From assembly GCA_015709675.1 (NCBI GenBank), contig CP054182.1, positions 637,448 through 661,447 of the forward strand: a stretch of 24,000 nucleotides of DNA, written 5' to 3'. Each line of letters starts with the position of its first letter. Within the stretch, counting starts at the first letter, position 1. A program made the position numbers and the translations under genes. This DNA comes from Ignavibacteriales bacterium (GTDB lineage: Bacteria > Bacteroidota > Ignavibacteria > Ignavibacteriales > Ignavibacteriaceae). Of this stretch, positions 18,748-24,000 are shown in pieces. The notes below the pieces were generated by a model. That model was given only the letters and a program-made list of their open reading frames with translations. It had not been told where the DNA came from and made no database searches.

Positions 18748-19250
18748 AATGTCACCTCTTCGAGGTTCTGGGGCAATGGCGGATTGATTAGTTTCTACAG
18801 TAATGTCATCACTTCGTGATTTTGGCTGGTGTGTGTCTTTGCGGTTTTCTACCAATCTTCGACTCCTCCGGAGTCGGGTTGGGATTTTGGGGATGCGTAA
18901 TTTTCTACCAATTTGCGACTCCGCTGGAGTCAGAGGTTTCATGTCATCGGATTTCTACCAATGTACAATTCCTCCGGAATTGAATCGGGTTTTGAATCCG
19001 GAGGATTCACATCTTGGTAGTTATGATAAATGCCCCGCATAAGAACGAATCCGGAGGATTCGAATATCTCAGGAGAGAATCACCAGATTGTTCAAAAATC
19101 TGCGACTACTCTGAGTCGGGTTGGGATTTTGGGTATGCGCAATTTTCTTTCAAAATGCGATTCCGCTGGAGTCGGATGGAAAATTAATAATTCATCATTC
19201 AGATTTCAGAATTGTTTGCGACTCCTCCGGGGTCGGGGGGAATTTCATGT
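18748..19250. repeat. Cluster of mini-hairpins with a 3-nt loop and co-varying arms
   Basis: ACCTC-TTC-GAGGT (18754), ATCAC-TTC-GTGAT (18808), CGACTCC-TCC-GGAGTCG (18860), GACTCC-GCT-GGAGTC (18917), CAATTCC-TCC-GGAATTG (18966), GAATCC-GGA-GGATTC (18994), CGAATCC-GGA-GGATTCG (19046), CGACT..AGTCG (19103), GATTCC-GCT-GGAGTC (19159) and GACTCCTCCGGGGTC (about 19220). Confidence 0.85.
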
Positions 19251-19456
19251 CATTGGATTTTCTACTAACCCCAACTTAACCATCAGTGTGCTTAAAGCAC
19301 TAATCCCCTTACGAATAATTGAGCTCAAACCTCCAGTTGCTGGTTCCCGTTTGCCGGTATAGGGCGGCTCGCGAGCCGCCCCTGCAGTTTTTTAACACCA
19401 CTCAGCCGGGTGTTGGTTTCTGAATCAATTCACAATTTACAATTCACCATTCACAA

Positions 19457-22400
19457 TTATTTCAGCAGTTCTTCAACTGCGCGTTTGAGTTGTTCATCCA
19501 CGCCTTTTGCTTTGCTGTCAGGGTAGGTGTCAACTAAGATGTGCGGTATGGCGGGACCGGTTACTTCCTGGTTTTTGTCGTCAGCCAGGGTGTACCAGCC
19601 GCGGAACGGGAGCCGGACAAAGGAGCCGTCCATCAGTCCCCTGCCTCCGGTGGAGATGACGGAGCCGTTGGTTGGCTTGCCGACAAGTGTTCCGATGCCG
19701 AGGTTCTTATAAGCATGTGAAAAGATTTCTGCATTGGAGTAACTTGACTCATTGCAAAGCGTTATGCTCGGCTTCAGCCATGCAGTATATACAAGCCGCT
19801 CTCCGGTCGGATAGTAAGGACGGAATTTTGTTTTTTCTTTTTCTAGATCTTCTGCCGCGCCACGCGGTATGGTGTATGCGTGCTGTTTGTAGTTGAGTAT
19901 TGCCATCAGAAGGTCAGTGGTTGAACCGCCGCCGTTATAACGCACATCTATAACCAGCCCATCCTTGCCATAACCGGCAGCGGTTAGTTCGCGTTCAAAT
20001 TCTTCAAAGCTGACCATATCCATGCCGCGGATGTGTATATATCCGAGCTTTCCGCCGGAGTATTTGTCAGTGAGTGCTTTGCGGTCGGCAACCCACTCTT
20101 TATATATCTGTGTGCGGAGTGATGCTGCGGGACGTATAACCACATCGCGGGTTTTACCTTCTTTTCCTTCAACGGTCAGGAGTACCTGCTCATCAGCGGT
20201 GCCGGCGAAGAGTGAGTATATATTAACATCATCGGTAATCTTAACTGAACCGACCGAGCGGATGATATCCCCTTTCATCAGACGGCTTGCGGTGCGGTCT
20301 GCGGGTGAGCCGGGGATGACACGCAAAACCTCAACGCCGTTCTTAACGGGTTTCAGTTCAGCGCCAAGCAGCCCGGTTGCTTCTTTCTGTGTTTCAGCAC
20401 GGTCATTGCCTGAAAGCCCCATGTGGCTTGAGTTCAGTTCGCCGAGCATCCAGTTAAACATTTCGCGGAAATCACTTTCGGTTGAGGCCGCCATGCAAAG
20501 GGGGAGATATTTCGAGCGAAGGGCTTCCCAGTCCTTGCCGTGGAAATCAGGATCATAAAATCCGTCACGCAGGGTGCGCCATGCCTCGGCAAAGACCTGC
20601 TGCTTTTCCTGTTCGTAATCAATCTTCATCTTTAGTATATACGGAAGCGCTTCTGCCTTGTCGGTCTTCAGATCGTGACGGCTGAGTGAGCCGCCGGTTC
20701 TGAAGTAGTATAAATAAGCGCCGTCAGCTCCGCCTGATACTGCCATCGGGTTCTGTCCCCCTTTGGTCAGCTCTTTCAAATCTTTGCCGTCCCATTTGAT
20801 GCTGTAAAGGTCATTCCCCTTTGCGCTGCTTGAAGAACCGGTGTAATAAAACGTTTCGCCGTCTTTTGAAATGCGCGCGTTCCCCTCGTTGCCGGGGAAT
20901 GTGGTAACCTGTGTGAGGCGCTCGTGAATGTTTTCAAAGTCAATCACAACCGGAGTAACCTTCGCGCTGTCTTTTTTGCCTGCGGGCTTGTCATCCTTCT
21001 TTGCGGGTTCTTTGTCTTCCCAGTCCTGTTTGGTGCGCTCCCAGTCTTCTTTTTTCAGCCAGGCAAACCAGACATCGTTGTTGCGGCCATTGCGGGCAGA
21101 GATGAATCCGAGCTTTGAGCCGTCCGGCGACCAGACGGGGTTTGAGTCACCGCGCGGGTGCATGCTCACATTAACCGGCGGCTGTGAGTTGTCGGCGGCG
21201 TGTATATATACTTCGTCATTAAAATAGAGGTCGCTCATGCTGTAGGCAATCCAGCGGCTGTCAGGGCTCCAGGCGGCGTCATCAGCGGAAGCCCAGCCCT
21301 CGTGAAGAATGGTTTCTTTACCGAGTGAGCCCTCTTTGCTGATTTCAGCAACGATGAATGTACCGCGTCCACGCATAAAGGCAACTTTTTTGCCGTCCGG
21401 GGAAACGACCGGACGGGATTCATCCTCATCGGTTTTGGTAATGCGTATGACCTCATGGCGCAGCGAGCGGAACGGATTTGGCTGTGATTTATCAGCGCTG
21501 CGGAGTATATATAAATCAAAATTGTCATCCTCCCGGTCTGAAACAAAGAGGAGTGTGCTGTCATTAAGCCACGCGGGGTTCATATCGCGGAAAGGATGAT
21601 TAGAAACATTAACGCTGCGTGATTTATCCTTATCAACCTCCTTGATAAAAATCTCACCGCGGTTCACCAGTGCAACCAGTTTTCCGTTTGGTGAAACTTC
21701 ATATTCGCTGGCATCTTTGCTGAAGGATTTCAGTTCTTCCGGGTCGAAGCGGTTATCAGCCGGGACGGTTATATTCAGCTTTTCCGGTTTGGAAAAATTT
21801 TTCATAATCCAGAGTGATGTTCCCTGCTCAATCACTGCATGTTTTCCGTCACCTGAGACGGTGAAATAGCGGACTGCGTAGTCCTTAAAATTCGTAAGCT
21901 GTTCGGGCCTCCCCTGCGGCTGTCCTTCCTCGCTGAGGGTGATGCGGTATATATTATACTTTCCGTCAGCGGAGCTTATATACGCAAGAGTACGGCTGCC
22001 GGTCCATTGGGGCATCAGTTCGTTGCCGTTGGAAGGGGTGATATTGGTATAGGTGTTTTTCTTTGAATCGTAAAGCCAGATATTCTTATTTGCCGCACCG
22101 GTATATCCTTCGCGGGTAACAGGGTTTGATCCGCCGATGGTAATGGCAATAAAGCGGCCGTCGGGCGACTGCACCGCATCAGAGCCGAGAGCGTCAAGCA
22201 GGCGGTACTCTGTTCCCCCCGTGGGACTGATCGTATATACTTCCGGATCCCGTTCAACATGATTGAACTCCCTCACGGTTGCAAAGAGGATATTCCCCTG
22301 CTTAGTCCATGAAGTTACCATGTCACCGGAAGAGTTCCAGGTAAGGCGTCGTGCCTGTCCGCCGGATGCAGGGATGATGAAAATATCACTGTTGCCGAAG

Positions 22401-22648
22401 CGAGCGCCTGAGAAAACAATCTGGCTGCCGTCAGGACTGAAACGCGGATGTCCCTCGTTTCCCTCATGCACCGTCAGACGGAGTGCAGTACCGCCCGAGG
22501 AGGAGACTTTCCAGATATCCCCCTGGTAGGAAAAAGCCAGCTCACTGCCATCGTGGTTGAGCGCCGGATGGCGGAGCAGTTTTGCTTCACTCTGCGGAAA
22601 GAGTGATACGGTTGCAAAAAGGAGCAGTGCAGAAACTAATTTCAGCAT
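19457..22648 (-). CDS. Tricorn protease-like S41 family peptidase (WD40-like N-terminal propeller, PDZ, S41 catalytic domain), secreted
   Basis: Signal peptide MLKLVSALLLFATVSLFPQSEA; propeller repeats (GNEGHPRFSPDGSQIVFSG, ESRPVVSPDGKKVAFMRG); PDZ LRVIPGSPADRTASRLMKGDIIRSVG; S41 GKLGYIHIRGMD, VIDVRYNGGGSTTDLL, CNESSYSNAEIFSHAYK. Confidence 0.93.
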   Translation of the reverse strand: MLKLVSALLLFATVSLFPQSEAKLLRHPALNHDGSELAFSYQGDIWKVSSSGGTALRLTVHEGNEGHPRFSPDGSQIVFSGARFGNSDIFIIPASGGQARRLTWNSSGDMVTSWTKQGNILFATVREFNHVERDPEVYTISPTGGTEYRLLDALGSDAVQSPDGRFIAITIGGSNPVTREGYTGAANKNIWLYDSKKNTYTNITPSNGNELMPQWTGSRTLAYISSADGKYNIYRITLSEEGQPQGRPEQLTNFKDYAVRYFTVSGDGKHAVIEQGTSLWIMKNFSKPEKLNITVPADNRFDPEELKSFSKDASEYEVSPNGKLVALVNRGEIFIKEVDKDKSRSVNVSNHPFRDMNPAWLNDSTLLFVSDREDDNFDLYILRSADKSQPNPFRSLRHEVIRITKTDEDESRPVVSPDGKKVAFMRGRGTFIVAEISKEGSLGKETILHEGWASADDAAWSPDSRWIAYSMSDLYFNDEVYIHAADNSQPPVNVSMHPRGDSNPVWSPDGSKLGFISARNGRNNDVWFAWLKKEDWERTKQDWEDKEPAKKDDKPAGKKDSAKVTPVVIDFENIHERLTQVTTFPGNEGNARISKDGETFYYTGSSSSAKGNDLYSIKWDGKDLKELTKGGQNPMAVSGGADGAYLYYFRTGGSLSRHDLKTDKAEALPYILKMKIDYEQEKQQVFAEAWRTLRDGFYDPDFHGKDWEALRSKYLPLCMAASTESDFREMFNWMLGELNSSHMGLSGNDRAETQKEATGLLGAELKPVKNGVEVLRVIPGSPADRTASRLMKGDIIRSVGSVKITDDVNIYSLFAGTADEQVLLTVEGKEGKTRDVVIRPAASLRTQIYKEWVADRKALTDKYSGGKLGYIHIRGMDMVSFEEFERELTAAGYGKDGLVIDVRYNGGGSTTDLLMAILNYKQHAYTIPRGAAEDLEKEKTKFRPYYPTGERLVYTAWLKPSITLCNESSYSNAEIFSHAYKNLGIGTLVGKPTNGSVISTGGRGLMDGSFVRLPFRGWYTLADDKNQEVTGPAIPHILVDTYPDSKAKGVDEQLKRAVEELLK

Positions 22649-22724
22649 GGGAAGTTTTCTTTCTTGATATTACCGGGAAACAAAAACGCAAAATAATTAT
22701 GAATTATGAAGTATGAAGGATGAA

Positions 22725-22950
22725 TTGATGAACGGCGGAAAAAAGAAGGTAAAAGTTGCCAGGGCGTAAGGTTAAACGCATAGGGCGCGGAGTTTAGTAC
22801 GAAGTAACGCAGAGGTTTTATGGACGGTGCCCCCAGAAGAGTTCGCGCAAAGGCGCAAAGGTTTTCCGCAGATTTCGCAGATTAACGCAGAACATTATTG
22901 CTCAATGTCCCGAGAGTCCCCATTTTCCCCGGAAGAGCTCGCGCAAAGGG
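22725..22950. repeat. Degenerate 'cgcagagttt / gcaaaggcgcaaagg / gcagattaacgcagaac' intergenic repeat, copy A
   Basis: GCAGATTAACGCAGAACATTATTG at 22877-22900 and GGAAGAGCTCGCGC nearby; matching elements recur after 23655. Confidence 0.75.
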
Positions 22951-22971
22951 GGTGAGGAGCAAAGGGGAAAT

Positions 22972-23586
22972 TTAGCTGATGGTTACATCTGAGGGGAAAT
23001 AGGCCAGCGTATGCACTTCGCCAATGTCTGAGTAGTGCTCGGTTCCGCGGGTGATGCAGATAATCTGCGGGAACATGATTTCCTTAAAGCCCTCTTCGGT
23101 CATGAGGATATATTCGTTTGCTTTGAGTGTGTTCTTTAATAAGCGGTGAACCAGGATAACATCTATGCCTGAGATTTCTTTGAACTCCCCTATTTCAATT
23201 ACATCAGCATTGCCGAAATGCACGATGATTTTAACACGGAGGCGGTCAATGATTTTGCAGGAGTCCCCTTCGCAGAGGATGGAGTTTGAAAGCTCCTGTA
23301 TTCTTTCAGAGAAAATGTCAAAAAAGGAAATCAGTTTTTCACCGATGCAGCAGCGGAGGGAATCCCATTCCTTGTCATCGGTATCTTTTAGTGCGTAAAG
23401 AAAAACAGCATCCCCCTCCAGCTTTGCTATTTTGAGGGGCATGTGCAGATGTTCGATGATGGTTTTGATAAGCTCCACAATAATCATCTGACTGCGGCTG
23501 ATGGTGCTTTTGTTGGCAATCATAAACTTGGTATAACCGCTTATATCGGCGATGATAAAAAGAGCTTTTCCTGAGAACCGGTGCAT
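22972..23586 (-). CDS. DUF2652 domain-containing protein (cyclase-homology-like)
   Basis: MHRFSGKALFIIADISGYTKFMIANKSTISRSQMIIVELIKTIIEHLHMPLKIAKLEGDAVFLYALKD. Preferred ATG at 23586; the track start at 23658 is a GTG. Confidence 0.85.
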   Translation of the reverse strand: MHRFSGKALFIIADISGYTKFMIANKSTISRSQMIIVELIKTIIEHLHMPLKIAKLEGDAVFLYALKDTDDKEWDSLRCCIGEKLISFFDIFSERIQELSNSILCEGDSCKIIDRLRVKIIVHFGNADVIEIGEFKEISGIDVILVHRLLKNTLKANEYILMTEEGFKEIMFPQIICITRGTEHYSDIGEVHTLAYFPSDVTIS

Positions 23587-23654
23587 AAAAAAGGTGTTTG
23601 TAAGATTTAGGCTGCTAATATAATACGTATAGTAGTAAATCTGGCGGAAAAGGG

Positions 23655-23890
23655 TCACTGGGGAAAGGTTATAGGCAAAGTAACGCAGAGTTTAACAGGG
23701 TAATGACTCCCGGAAGAGCTCTCGCTAAGGGCATGAGGCGCAAATAGTCTCCCGCAGATTAACACAGAACATTATTGCCCTCTGTCCCCCGGAAAACCCC
23801 GAGCAAACAGGCAAAGGCACAAAGGTTTCCCGTAGTGTAACGCATCCCGGTGTCCCCCGCAAATCCTGCGCAAAGACACCAGGAAGCTAA
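23655..23890. repeat. Degenerate intergenic repeat, copy B, flanking the DUF2652-like gene
   Basis: GCAGATTAACACAGAACATTATTG at 23754-23777 (one mismatch to copy A), GTAACGCAGAGTTTAAC, GGAAGAGCTCTCGC. Confidence 0.75.
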
Positions 23891-24000
23891 GAAAGAACTG
23901 CTTTTTAAAAACTGTTAAAACAGGCTGCTCAGCGTTCAATGTACATTGTTAATTGTACATTATACATTGATCCGGTTTTTATGTTCTTCTGATAAACCGC

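Noticed and set aside
18448-19362. ORFs 18448..18942(-), 18803..19042(+), 19030..19362(+) with SDSAGVG-like motifs
   Set aside because: Their repeated peptides are translations of the mini-hairpin repeats and they overlap the supported small gene.
19527-22529. Multiple small ORFs (19672..19896, 20022..20558, 20928..21227, 21309..21599, etc.)
   Set aside because: Alternative frames of the single long tricorn-like protease gene.

Overview
This looks like a chromosomal window from a Bacteroidota/Ignavibacteria-type bacterium, based on a T9SS sorting tail, YCF48-like repeats and a tricorn-like protease. The taxonomy is inference. Housekeeping and ordinary genes: a YCF48/BNR-like protein running off the left edge (absent from the ORF track), a SAM methyltransferase-like protein, a four-helix-bundle (23S IVP/Avd-like) protein, rsmG, mnmG, a YciI-like protein, a GIY-YIG protein, a T9SS-tailed secreted protein, a DUF1801-like protein, an orphan 7TM histidine kinase, a PhzF-like protein, a tricorn-like S41 protease and a DUF2652-like protein. 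Most notable points: (1) two 14-bp perfect palindromes GTTTCACGTGAAAC (ParB parS core) 104 bp apart just upstream of mnmG. (2) A compact Vsr / Dcm-like C5-MTase / MvaI-BcnI-family endonuclease operon with two 32-bp overlaps, a TTG start for the MTase and an unusual MTase/REase chemistry pairing. (3) A decayed HsdM C-terminus (type I R-M) directly beside it. (4) An uncharacterised overlapping gene pair (beta-propeller-like protein plus a small basic/aromatic protein) and a membrane-anchored helical protein, candidates for an undescribed accessory or defence module. (5) Two families of short hairpin repeats whose arms co-vary around a conserved core. One of them also forms a 99-bp tandem array.
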